A stretch of 64,000 nucleotides of DNA from Rhodocyclaceae bacterium (GTDB lineage: Bacteria; Pseudomonadota; Gammaproteobacteria; Burkholderiales; CAIKXV01), in NCBI GenBank assembly GCA_020248265.1, contig JADCHX010000004.1:28183-92182 (forward strand). Direction: 5' to 3'. Made by a program: the position numbers and the translations under genes. The notes below the pieces were generated by a model. That model had not been told where the DNA came from, ran no database searches, and saw only the letters and a program-made list of their open reading frames with translations. Each line of letters opens with the position of its first letter. The first letter of the stretch is position 1. Shown here piece by piece: positions 36,801 to 44,721 of this stretch.

Positions 36801-39357
36801 CGACCAGCCCGTTGAGCGACTGCCGCAGCGCGCCGAGGCGATCGGCCTCGCGCTGCCATTCACCGGATGGCTTCCGTGCGGCGATATCGAGTGTCGCCCC
36901 GAGCGCGCGTACGATCTCGGCCTTCTTCGCCTTCGCCGAATGCAGCTCGAGGCAGAACGGGCCGAGGCCGATCTGCTCCAGCCGCCGGTGCACCACTTCG
37001 AGCGCGGCCAGCTTCTCGGAGACGAACAGAACGGTGCGGCCCTTCGCCAGCAGGTGCGCGATCAGGTTGGTGATCGTCTGGCTCTTGCCGGTGCCGGGCG
37101 GGCCCTCGAGCACCAGGTCGCGGCCGGCGTCGATCGCGCAGATGGCTTTCAGCTGCGACGAGTCGGCGATCAGTGGCGCCAGGATGTCTTGCGGCGCATA
37201 GGTGTCGTCGAGGCGGTCCAGGCCGGGCAGTGGCTCGTCACGCACGAACGCTTCGCCCGGGCGGTCGATCAGGTGCTGCACCACGCGGTTGGCCTTGAGC
37301 TGCGCGGTGCGGTCCTGCAGGTCCTTCCACATCAGGTATTTGGTGAACGAGAACAGGCCGAGGTGCGCTTCATCGAGCACCTCCCATTGCTTGAGGTCGG
37401 TGACCGCGAGGCGGAACGCCTGCAGCAGGCGGGCGACATCGATGCCCTTGTCGTCGGTGGGCAGGGCTTCCGCGGCAGCGCCGGCACTGGCGGTGCTGCC
37501 GAGGCTGCCCAGGTCGCCGATGCGGATCTCTTCGCGCAGCCGCATCATCTGCAGCAGCGTCGGGTTGACGATCGCGTCGTCGTCGTGGCGCACCAGCCGG
37601 AAGCCGGAGCGTACCGACTGGCGCAGCAGCGTCACCGGCACGAGCAGGATCGGCGCCAGGTGCGAGGCCTCGGCCCGTTCGGTGTCGGTCCAGCGCAGCA
37701 GGCCGAACGCGATGAACAGCGTGTTCGCACCGCCTTCCTCCAGCCCCTCGCGTGCCTTGCGGAACAGGTTGGTCAGCGTCGCGCTCAGGTCCTCGGGCGA
37801 GAGCCTGACCAGCAGTTCGCGGTCGGCGAGCGCGTTGCGTGCCATCTCGTCCCACGGCGTCTGGCCGGTGCGGTTGCGATGGACCTCGGACGAGCGGGGG
37901 TCCTTCCCGTCCATGATCTCTGGTTCGGCGCGCAGGCGGAACTCGCCGCCGTCGGACAGCGCATCTTCCAGCGCGGCGAGGTCGGGCGCGGCGATACGCA
38001 GCGTCGACTTCGATGGCTTGAAGTTGAGCAGCCGGTTGCGCAGGGTCAGGTCGAGCAGCTTCGACTTCCACTTCGACAGCCGGCCCTCGGGCGTGTCGTC
38101 TGGGCCGGCGTCGACGATCCTGAGCAGCGCCGGGTCGAGCGGCGGCAGGTCGGGCATGGGCTCGATGGGGGCGGCCGCGGCCGCCGGAGTGCCGCCCGCC
38201 GCGCCTTTGTCTGTGTCTGCGCCGGGGCCGTCCACCGCCATCGACCGCGACGGCAGCGGCCGGATGTGCACCGCGCGCGCGCGCCGGATGTCGATCGCAT
38301 AGAGGAACTGTCCGCCATCGGCGAGGTAGCCCTGCCCCTGCTCGAGCGCGATGCGCAGCGACGGCCGCTGCGTCGGATGCTGCGCGACGCCGGTGGTCTC
38401 GAACACCAGCAGCTCGCCGCTCGCCACCCGCTTGCGCACCGACTGCACGTCATCGACCAGCGGATCCGGGAATGCGGCGTCGTGCAGCCAGGCGCCGATC
38501 CATGCATGGCCTTCCTTCAGCAGCACCACGGCCCCGAGACCGGCCTGTTCCAGGCAGGAGGCGAACAGCATCGCGAGATCCAGGCAACTGCCCACCCGGT
38601 GCTCGAGGATGCGGCCCGGCGTGCGTACCTTCTGCCCGTCGGTGCCGAACGAGGCCGGCGGCTCGACATACTGCAGCCCCTCGTTGCACACGGCGGTGTA
38701 GAGCGCCGACACCTGCTGCCACACTGCTTCGCGGCGCTTCGACTGGTAGCCGTCCATCGACAGCCCTGGCTGCGCCACCTTCAGCAACTGCGACGCCTTG
38801 CCCACCAGCGAATCGACTGCCGGGTCGTTCGGCATGGAGAACGCCGCCAGCAGTTCCGGCAGTGACCGTGTGCCGGCCCACTGGTCGTAGGCGAGCACTT
38901 CCACTGCCTGGGTGGCGCGGGCGAGTTCACGGTCTCCGGTGCGCACGGCAACCGTGATGCTGGCCTGCACCGCCTCGGCCAGGTTGGCCAGGAAGGCGTG
39001 GTCCGGCGGCAGGTCGAGCGGTGCGACATGCCGGCGCTCGCCCGGCTGCAGGCGGTCGAAGCGCAGCATGACCCCGCGCGCGAACGGTGGGTTGCAGGCG
39101 ACCTCGACCTGCAGGTCTTCCAGCGGCGCGTCGCCGGCATGGACCAGCACGAGGGATCGCACCACCGGCACCCCACACTGGATCGATGCGTAGCCGAGGA
39201 TGGCATCGGCGTCGAGGGTGATCTCGAGGAGGGGCGCGGCGGCGGCAGTGGGCGCAGGGGTGTTCAGGGTCGGTCCGTTTCGGTGGCGCTGGGGTGCGGT
39301 GGGACTTCTGGACTTCTGGACTTCGGGACGGCGGGACGGCGGATCGGGAGGGACCAT
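33847..39357 (-). CDS. Giant (1,836 aa) multidomain protein: N-terminal transglutaminase-like module + Upf1-like SF1 helicase + C-terminal Vsr/DUF559-type PD-(D/E)xK nuclease
   Basis: Transglutaminase-like HRVGSCLDLAMLFASCLEQAGL..GHAWIGAWL (~38.55 kb). Walker A LEGPPGTGKSQT (~37.09 kb). VVFDEASQI and VVVGDPKQLPP (~35.05-35.10 kb). YRSRHESL, VTFNQPQQ, VQGDERD, VAITRAR. Nuclease RIDLAVVDP..GIECDGRTYHSGATARDRDRLRQFVLENLGWKIARVWSTDWW (~33.9-34.1 kb). Confidence 0.9.
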   Translation of the reverse strand: MVPPDPPSRRPEVQKSRSPTAPQRHRNGPTLNTPAPTAAAAPLLEITLDADAILGYASIQCGVPVVRSLVLVHAGDAPLEDLQVEVACNPPFARGVMLRFDRLQPGERRHVAPLDLPPDHAFLANLAEAVQASITVAVRTGDRELARATQAVEVLAYDQWAGTRSLPELLAAFSMPNDPAVDSLVGKASQLLKVAQPGLSMDGYQSKRREAVWQQVSALYTAVCNEGLQYVEPPASFGTDGQKVRTPGRILEHRVGSCLDLAMLFASCLEQAGLGAVVLLKEGHAWIGAWLHDAAFPDPLVDDVQSVRKRVASGELLVFETTGVAQHPTQRPSLRIALEQGQGYLADGGQFLYAIDIRRARAVHIRPLPSRSMAVDGPGADTDKGAAGGTPAAAAAPIEPMPDLPPLDPALLRIVDAGPDDTPEGRLSKWKSKLLDLTLRNRLLNFKPSKSTLRIAAPDLAALEDALSDGGEFRLRAEPEIMDGKDPRSSEVHRNRTGQTPWDEMARNALADRELLVRLSPEDLSATLTNLFRKAREGLEEGGANTLFIAFGLLRWTDTERAEASHLAPILLVPVTLLRQSVRSGFRLVRHDDDAIVNPTLLQMMRLREEIRIGDLGSLGSTASAGAAAEALPTDDKGIDVARLLQAFRLAVTDLKQWEVLDEAHLGLFSFTKYLMWKDLQDRTAQLKANRVVQHLIDRPGEAFVRDEPLPGLDRLDDTYAPQDILAPLIADSSQLKAICAIDAGRDLVLEGPPGTGKSQTITNLIAHLLAKGRTVLFVSEKLAALEVVHRRLEQIGLGPFCLELHSAKAKKAEIVRALGATLDIAARKPSGEWQREADRLGALRQSLNGLVDALHRAYPNGLTVFDAIGTCIAAQGRDDAAPASPMPWPDPQVHDREALDALRELSRRMASLADPVGRIEGHPLAAIGHTEWSPSWQDDLLAAARTLDTAIAAFQQAAQAVGAHLKLPCSGLSMDGWRCLDQLADLLLAAPTVPAGLARAAHDARARARIQVLSRCGRARNAHWQAIGPGWTPLLAKLNAIELQAEWSQASATWWPKSALDKRSMRKRLAAFRDDGAPPAADAIPMLFEPLAAVNEEDQLLRSMQDDAQALLQEQFDGIATDWAAVAGHERWAKQFADSVTRVAGSDPARTHALRATLQPLVAEDRALLRPDGPVGRALVEQRDAWRALNTALQAVEALAKTALEHVTAPAAASVTASAPAPVQGATAAGGALERIRSTLAGWAAAHRRLQPWCLWRKVREQAIAHGLQGIVATLENAGSSRTVPLAAIASHFEYSYRHWWVKKTIDGEPLLRGFSSADHTRCILEFRDADARFQALTQAYIAAKLAAGVPWSGLSLPGADAELGRLRRELQKQRRHLPIRQLVQALPTLLPRLKPCLLMSPLSVAQYLDAGYAPFDLVVFDEASQITVWDAVGTIARGRQLVVVGDPKQLPPTNFFNKSTDNDGATTDEEQIEDLESILDECLGAGMNRSSLQWHYRSRHESLIAFSNVTYYESSLITFPSPVTNDTAVRYERVEGVYDRGGSRTNRIEAEAVVAAIERHYLDAPAAADGTPIDRKPRSIGVVTFNQPQQALIETLLDQRRSTNAELDRAISAASNEPLFIKNLENVQGDERDVICFSTTFGLDAAGRMTMNFGPLNGEGGHRRLNVAITRAREAVRIFSSLDPGQIDTSKVRAAGVRDLKHYLDFAIKGPRALIAQSTPTGREPESPFEQAVMQALRERGWDVHAQVGCSGYRIDLAVVDPNAPGRYLLGIECDGRTYHSGATARDRDRLRQFVLENLGWKIARVWSTDWWRDAEGEVDKLVACLRSSEVQAP
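39302..39341. repeat. Five tandem 8-nt units (GGACTTCT, GGACTTCT, GGACTTCG, GGACGGCG, GGACGGCG) inside codons 6-19 of the giant helicase-nuclease gene
   Basis: Read directly from the sequence. The unit length is not a multiple of three. Confidence 0.8.
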
Positions 39358-39496
39358 GCAATGTAGCCGTTTCGACGGGGTCTGCTCAATGCCGGGGGGC
39401 CGTCGTCATGCATGCGGTACATTCGCGAGCGGGGCCTCCCGCGCCCCGCGAGGGATACGCTGCCGGCAACGTTCCGGCTACACGGAGGAGGTCATC

Positions 39497-40480
39497 ATGT
39501 CAGTCGGCCAACATGTCGGGATGGTTTCCGGTTTCCTGGGCCTTGCACTGTCCGGCATCGCGCTCCAGGGCGCGGCCCAGCAGGATTTCCCGGTGAAGCC
39601 GATCCGGCTCATCGTGCCCTCTGGCGCGGGGGGTGGTACCGACGGCACCACGCGCCTGGTGGCGCCGAAACTCGATGAATTCTTCGGCCAGCGCGTGCTG
39701 GTCGAGAACCGGCCGGGTGCCGGCTCCATCGTCGGCACCGAGTTCGTGGCCCGTTCCGCGCCCGATGGTTACACGCTGCTCACCGCGATCAGCAGCATGA
39801 CCATCCAGCCGTCGATCACGAAGAACCTGCCGTTCGATCCGGTGCGCGACTTCGCGCCGGTGAGCCAGTACGTGTCGCTGCCGAACATCCTGCTCGGCAA
39901 CCTGTCCCTGCCGCCGCGCAACGTCAAGGAACTGATCGCCTTCGCCCGCGCACGGCCCGGCACGCTCGAATTCGCCTCGGCGGGCACTGGCTCCAGCCTG
40001 CACATGAGCATGGAACTGTTCCTCAGCATGGCCGGGCTGAAGATGGTGCACGTGCCATACAAGAGCGCGACCACCGGCATCGGCGACGTGGTCGCCGGCC
40101 ACCTGCCGCTGATGGTGAACAACATGATCGTCGGCACGTCGTACGTGAAGTCCGGTCGCCTGCGCGCCTACGGCGTGACCAGCGCCACGCGGTCGAAGAG
40201 TGCCCCCGAGATCCCGACCATCGCCGAGCAGGGCGTGCCGGGCTACGAGGCGGTGCAGTGGTACGGCATGATCGCCCCCGCCGGCACGCCGAAGGAAGTG
40301 ATCGCGCGCCTGCACAAGGGCGTGGTGTTCGCGCTGCAGGATCCGGGCACGCGCGAGCGGCTGGTCTCCAGCGGCGCCGAACCGGTGGCCAGCACGCCGG
40401 AGGAGTTCGCGGCGCTGATGCGCGCCGAGGTGGTGAAGTGGGCGAAGGTGGTGAAGGCCGCGGGGATACGGCAGGAGTAG
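39497..40480 (+). CDS. Bug/TctC-family substrate-binding protein
   Basis: GGAGGAGG RBS, signal peptide, PIRLIVPSGAGGGTDG, HVPYKSATTGIGDVVAGHLPL. Confidence 0.9.
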   Translation: MSVGQHVGMVSGFLGLALSGIALQGAAQQDFPVKPIRLIVPSGAGGGTDGTTRLVAPKLDEFFGQRVLVENRPGAGSIVGTEFVARSAPDGYTLLTAISSMTIQPSITKNLPFDPVRDFAPVSQYVSLPNILLGNLSLPPRNVKELIAFARARPGTLEFASAGTGSSLHMSMELFLSMAGLKMVHVPYKSATTGIGDVVAGHLPLMVNNMIVGTSYVKSGRLRAYGVTSATRSKSAPEIPTIAEQGVPGYEAVQWYGMIAPAGTPKEVIARLHKGVVFALQDPGTRERLVSSGAEPVASTPEEFAALMRAEVVKWAKVVKAAGIRQE

Positions 40481-40724
40481 GCGGCGGGCGTTCCGCGCAC
40501 GCTGTGGCTGCGATGTCCACGTTGGCAAGGTTCACAGCCCACGGGCCCCTGTTCTTCATCATTCGTGAGGATATGCTCGGAGAATCACGCACCTAACCGC
40601 GCTCCTGCCCAGTGAGCGTGCAGCCGTCCATGGGGACGGTCGGCACGCCGCAGACAGGAGCCACCATGACGACGCCGGCCTCGAGAACCCGTCGGGCCTG
40701 CAACCGCGCGCGCATGACCCTGGC

Positions 40725-41549
40725 TTGAGGGGTCCGGTGGGTGGCGTCGGCATCGAGTCCAACGACGTTGTCTCCATGACCGACACGATGGTGCGCGACA
40801 TGATGGCGATGCCCGAGATCGTCGGGCGATCGGTCGCACCGCGGGTGATCAGCGATGCCGAGTACTTCGTGAACGATTCGGCGCAGCCGATCAACCGGAA
40901 CCTCATCACCGACCGCCTGCGCCTGAACCTGAATCGCGCAGCCCGGAACCGGCTGGTGTTCGTGGGCCGCAACCACTCGCAGGCGGTGGCCCTTGAGCGG
41001 GACCTCAAGCGGTCGGGTGCCGTCGATGTCGGCACCACGGGCCTCACCAAGGCGCAGGCAGGAGCCGACTTTCGCCTGGGCGGACGCATCTCTTCCCTCG
41101 ATGCTCGCAACCCCAGGACTGGCGTGATGCAGCGCTACAAACAGATCGTGTTCGAACTGTTCGACCTTGAGACGGGCGTGATCGTGTGGACGAACATGTC
41201 AGCGGTCGGCGCAACAGCCCGCTTCGGGAGGCGGACGAATGGACCCTCGTGTCAGCGTTCGAGGCTGGCCTGCGCGACGCCGGGTGCTGGGCTGGTTCCT
41301 GTCGCGCGACGTGACAGATGCCGCAGGCCAGGCCCGTCCTTCCGCCCGTCGCCGTCCGGCTTCGAACGTATCGAGTCGGCAAAGGGGCCGGAGTCCGCCG
41401 GCCGCAGCGCCACGGCCACCGGACACGCCCGCCTCGCCCTCACCATGCCAATGCACTGTCGGGCCGGGCAAGGCCTGCGCCTTTCTCCGCGCTGCGTTCG
41501 GTGTTCGGGATCGCAGGTCCAACCCCGGCCTCCGGTGCGAGGTCCCTGA
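40725..41549 (+). CDS. LpoB-like (penicillin-binding-protein activator, COG3417-like) domain ORF lacking a lipoprotein signal and a natural stop; probable pseudogene
   Basis: SNDVVSMTDTMVRDMM..NLITDRLRLNLNRAARNRLVFVGR..GADFRLGGRISSLDA..YKQIVFELFDLETGVIVW resembles the LpoB core. No signal peptide or lipobox in any upstream frame. The frame runs on ~110 codons into the antisense of the LuxR gene. Confidence 0.4.
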   Translation: MRGPVGGVGIESNDVVSMTDTMVRDMMAMPEIVGRSVAPRVISDAEYFVNDSAQPINRNLITDRLRLNLNRAARNRLVFVGRNHSQAVALERDLKRSGAVDVGTTGLTKAQAGADFRLGGRISSLDARNPRTGVMQRYKQIVFELFDLETGVIVWTNMSAVGATARFGRRTNGPSCQRSRLACATPGAGLVPVARRDRCRRPGPSFRPSPSGFERIESAKGPESAGRSATATGHARLALTMPMHCRAGQGLRLSPRCVRCSGSQVQPRPPVRGP

Positions 41550-42165
41550 TGCGCGCCTGTAGTGCGGACATCGGCGGCAGTGTCGATGCCTTCCGTACGA
41601 CGTGCGTGATGGTCCGCACGCCCACCTTCCCCCGGATCGCTCCGATCTGCGTGCGGATGGTGTGCAGGCTCACGGAGCGCTGATCTGCGATGTCCTGGGG
41701 AAGAAGGCCATCGCACAGGGCCACCAGCACCTCCCGTTCGCTCGGCGTGAGCCCGAAGGCCTTTGCGAACAGGGTGAGTACGATGGGTTCGAGTGGCTCG
41801 AAGTGGCCGGACAGCAGCACGACCATCGGCTCTGCGCCTTCGAACTCGCCCACGAGCGGGATGATTGCGTACAGTCGGCCGTCCGCCGCGTCTCCGAGTT
41901 CCACCAGCGATCGCATGCCGCGGACGGCTCCGGCGAGGGCCTGTTCGAAGCACGCCTGCTGCGCACTCGAGGCAGCCCTGACCTGTCCGCTGCGCAGATC
42001 CAGGCCGCCGCCTGCCTCCAGCGAGGCATGCCCAGCGAGGTTTGCGTATAGCAGCGTGGCGCGCGCATCGAGCAGCAGCACGCGAAGCGAGATTGCATTC
42101 AGGACCTCGCTGAGCCGCTGGCCCAGGTCGACGGAAGATGGCACGGACGGAATAGGACTTGGCAT
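41440..42165 (-). CDS. LuxR-family transcriptional regulator (N-terminal sensor-like domain + C-terminal HTH)
   Basis: SEREVLVALCDGLLPQDIADQRSVSLHTIRTQIGAIRGKVGV. Confidence 0.85.
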   Translation of the reverse strand: MPSPIPSVPSSVDLGQRLSEVLNAISLRVLLLDARATLLYANLAGHASLEAGGGLDLRSGQVRAASSAQQACFEQALAGAVRGMRSLVELGDAADGRLYAIIPLVGEFEGAEPMVVLLSGHFEPLEPIVLTLFAKAFGLTPSEREVLVALCDGLLPQDIADQRSVSLHTIRTQIGAIRGKVGVRTITHVVRKASTLPPMSALQARIRDLAPEAGVGPAIPNTERSAEKGAGLARPDSALAW

Positions 42166-42395
42166 GGGGGCTCGATGGCATCTCGCCGAGGGAGTCGGCG
42201 GCTCCTGCTTGATCGAGGCGGACTTTGCGGGATGCTGTCAGCGATGCCAACCTACGTTTCCTAATGGACGCGATTACCGCGAAGGCATCCACGATTACTA
42301 ATGATCGTCATTAGGAGTGGGCAGGAGCGTGACCTTGGCAGCGCGCGCGCAATCCGATAAAGAAGAGGCTTCGATGACAAGAGGAGTGCTCGCGA

Positions 42396-44648
42396 TTGGA
42401 CGGTCTTCCGCTGCGCTGGGTCGATGAATTCAGGGGGCAGGTGCTGGATGCACGCTGGGTCGGTGGTCACACGAACGATAGCCGTGAAGCCAGCGTGGAA
42501 ATCTCGAACGGCTTCCGGGTCACGCTGGCCCAAGGCACGCAGTACGCATCGGCCGGCATCGCGCTGCGCACGCCGGTCGTCGGCGACTTCGACGTGCGGG
42601 TCGCGTTCCATGTCTCCGCTCCCGCGAAGGGAACGACCTTCGAGGTGGCGGCGGTCACGGTGGATCCCCCCCGGGAGTCGGCGCTGGACAACACGAACGA
42701 AGCGTTGACCGCCTACGGCCGTAGCCGCATCTACGACGTACACGGAGCGCCGCCCTATGTGAGCAGCGAATTCGACGAGAACGACGGCTGGCGCATCGGC
42801 TGGAACCGTGCGGCGGGACAGACCCGGCCCGGTCCGACGGGTGTGCTCATCGCGGACAATCACTTCAACCGTTACGGTCACACCTCGGGCCCGAAGCCCA
42901 CCGGTGAGACAAGCGGCTGGCTCCGGCTCGTGCGCACCGGCGACGACTGGACGAGCTATCGCAGTGGCGAGGGTGCGGCCTGGGTGCCGACCGGCATGGT
43001 TCGCTGGATGAACATGCCGCTGGCGGTGTTCATCCGGCTGGCCGCGAAGCACTGGCCCAAGGTCGAGGGACGCGCACCAGCCAACGCGGTCACCTTCACG
43101 CGGGTCGAGTTGCGTTCGGCCGTACCACCCGACGTCGCGTACGCGACCGCGTCCCATGAACTGTCCCGGGCGCCGGTCTCGCTTCTGGCGACGCAGCCGT
43201 CCGCGATGGTCGACCGCGTGCGCGCCGTGCGAGCGTGCCAACGCTGTGGACCGTTCTGGAAGGACACGGTCTATGGGCCCATCATCCAGGTGCAGCCCGC
43301 CAAGCCTGGAAAGGCCACGATCAAGGCATTCGCCCAGCCCGAGCCGGCGACCCTGTACGGTTGCCGCAAGGCGCCGGTGATGCTGGTAGGGATCAACCCG
43401 AACCTGCCGTCGCACTTTCCGGGGCGCTCCGGCTTCGTCACGCCCTTCTTCGATTCCGACGCGGCATACGCTGAGCATTACCGCAAGGCACCGGGGCCGC
43501 GGCTCGCGATCGAGCCCGAAGCGATGGCGTCGCTGCTTGAGAATGATGGAAGGATCGTCGCCAGCAAGGACGGCCGGCTCGTGGTGGACCGTGAAAGTGC
43601 GTCCGCCTCGGCTCGCATTCCCGGGCAACGGAAGGCGAGGCTGGTGGTCGATTACGACGGCGAGGACCCGCCCGTCCAGCATGACATCACCTGGCAGCGC
43701 GGCCAGTCCTTCGCCATGTTTCGTCCCTCGTTCAAGGCTGGCGAGGTGGTTGCAGGCATCCTGACCGAAAGGGTGGTTGGGCACGACGTGCCCGTCGTGA
43801 CGGATTCCAGGCGCGGTGCCTACTACGAACATGCCGAACAGCTGGTCAAGCTGTTCGCCGAGCGGCGTGGCGGGCCAGGGCTGGAGCTGGGCGAAGACAT
43901 GTCCTTGCACGACGCCGTCGCCTGCGCGAGCCCGAACTGGAACAACGACGAGTTTTCGACCAGCGCGGTGGAACAGGCCTGCGTGCGCGAGCAGCGCTGG
44001 ATGCACCGCGACCTGGCGGAGTGTGCGCCGGCGGTGGTGGTCCTGGCCGGTCGCGTTGCCCTGGGCCTGTTCGCGCAGCCGTCGGAAGGGCGCTTGTCCC
44101 ATCCACTGGATACCCTTCCGCAACGCGCTGGCGGTGTCGATGGCCTGTTCGACGTGGTCGCACGGAAGGGGCTGTGGTGGAACTACCGCGTCGGCGGCGA
44201 CGAGCGGACCGTCCGCCTCGTGGTGGGTCCGCATTTCTCGTATCCGGACAACATGCGCCCGCAGTGCTACTTCCCGGAGGAGGACTGGCGGCAGTTCGAG
44301 GCCCAGCATCCAGCGCTGGTGGCAGACCTCACGCGCCGGCGCATGAAGGACGGACCCGTGGTGCGAAAGGCCCACGGTACCGCCGACACGCAGGTGTTCA
44401 TCGACAAGGAAGATCCACTGTGGGCTGAGACCGAACGCATCGATCGGGACGCCGTGGCGACGATGCGTTCGTGGTGGATCCATCCCCTGGACCGGATCGC
44501 CGAAGCCGTCGTGGCAGGGCTGGACGAACGCGGCGTCGCCCGGATCGGTAGTGGACACCTCGGGCGTGAGAAAGGCAGCTGCGACTACTGCGACAACGCA
44601 GCCTGGAAGATCGGACAGGGTTGCGCATATGTCAGAAATGCTCCATGA
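42396..44648 (+). CDS. 750-aa fusion protein: N-terminal lectin/LamG-like beta-sandwich (DUF1349-like) + Fe-S-type uracil-DNA-glycosylase-superfamily domain with a large insertion
   Basis: TTG start 9 nt after GAGGAG. N-terminal part GWLRLVRTGDDWTSYRSGEGAAW. Then C281-x2-C284 (CQRC), VMLVGINPNLPSHF (aa 329-341), C510..C529 (VACASPNW..EQACVREQ), APAVVVLAGRVALGLF and VVGPHFSYP. C-terminal CDYC..GC. Confidence 0.6.
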   Translation: MDGLPLRWVDEFRGQVLDARWVGGHTNDSREASVEISNGFRVTLAQGTQYASAGIALRTPVVGDFDVRVAFHVSAPAKGTTFEVAAVTVDPPRESALDNTNEALTAYGRSRIYDVHGAPPYVSSEFDENDGWRIGWNRAAGQTRPGPTGVLIADNHFNRYGHTSGPKPTGETSGWLRLVRTGDDWTSYRSGEGAAWVPTGMVRWMNMPLAVFIRLAAKHWPKVEGRAPANAVTFTRVELRSAVPPDVAYATASHELSRAPVSLLATQPSAMVDRVRAVRACQRCGPFWKDTVYGPIIQVQPAKPGKATIKAFAQPEPATLYGCRKAPVMLVGINPNLPSHFPGRSGFVTPFFDSDAAYAEHYRKAPGPRLAIEPEAMASLLENDGRIVASKDGRLVVDRESASASARIPGQRKARLVVDYDGEDPPVQHDITWQRGQSFAMFRPSFKAGEVVAGILTERVVGHDVPVVTDSRRGAYYEHAEQLVKLFAERRGGPGLELGEDMSLHDAVACASPNWNNDEFSTSAVEQACVREQRWMHRDLAECAPAVVVLAGRVALGLFAQPSEGRLSHPLDTLPQRAGGVDGLFDVVARKGLWWNYRVGGDERTVRLVVGPHFSYPDNMRPQCYFPEEDWRQFEAQHPALVADLTRRRMKDGPVVRKAHGTADTQVFIDKEDPLWAETERIDRDAVATMRSWWIHPLDRIAEAVVAGLDERGVARIGSGHLGREKGSCDYCDNAAWKIGQGCAYVRNAP

Positions 44649-44721
44649 TTTCGATCTTTATGGTCGGGCAATCGGCTCTCTGGCCGGCCTCTGTACTCAG
44701 GAATCGCGCTCCGGGGATCGA

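Noticed and set aside
34852-38865. 1,337-aa ORF on the plus strand, plus the 764-aa ORF 33668..35962 on the minus strand in another frame, overlapping the giant helicase-nuclease gene
   Set aside because: Arg/Ala/Gly/His-rich composition and no recognisable motifs. They lie antisense to, or out of frame with, a gene that has a complete helicase and nuclease motif set. This is the typical long shadow ORF of high-GC DNA.
40258-40596. Small plus-strand ORFs in the 40.48-40.72 kb gap as candidate LpoB signal-peptide exons or small proteins
   Set aside because: None encodes a hydrophobic signal or lipobox. The compositions are Arg/Gly-rich and there are no RBS-like sequences.
42261-44558. 765-aa minus-strand ORF antisense to the 750-aa glycosylase-like gene
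   Set aside because: The plus-strand product has balanced composition and ordered UDG-type landmarks (CxxC, GINPN, Cys pair, HFSYP). The minus-strand product is Arg/His/Pro/Gly-biased with no motifs.
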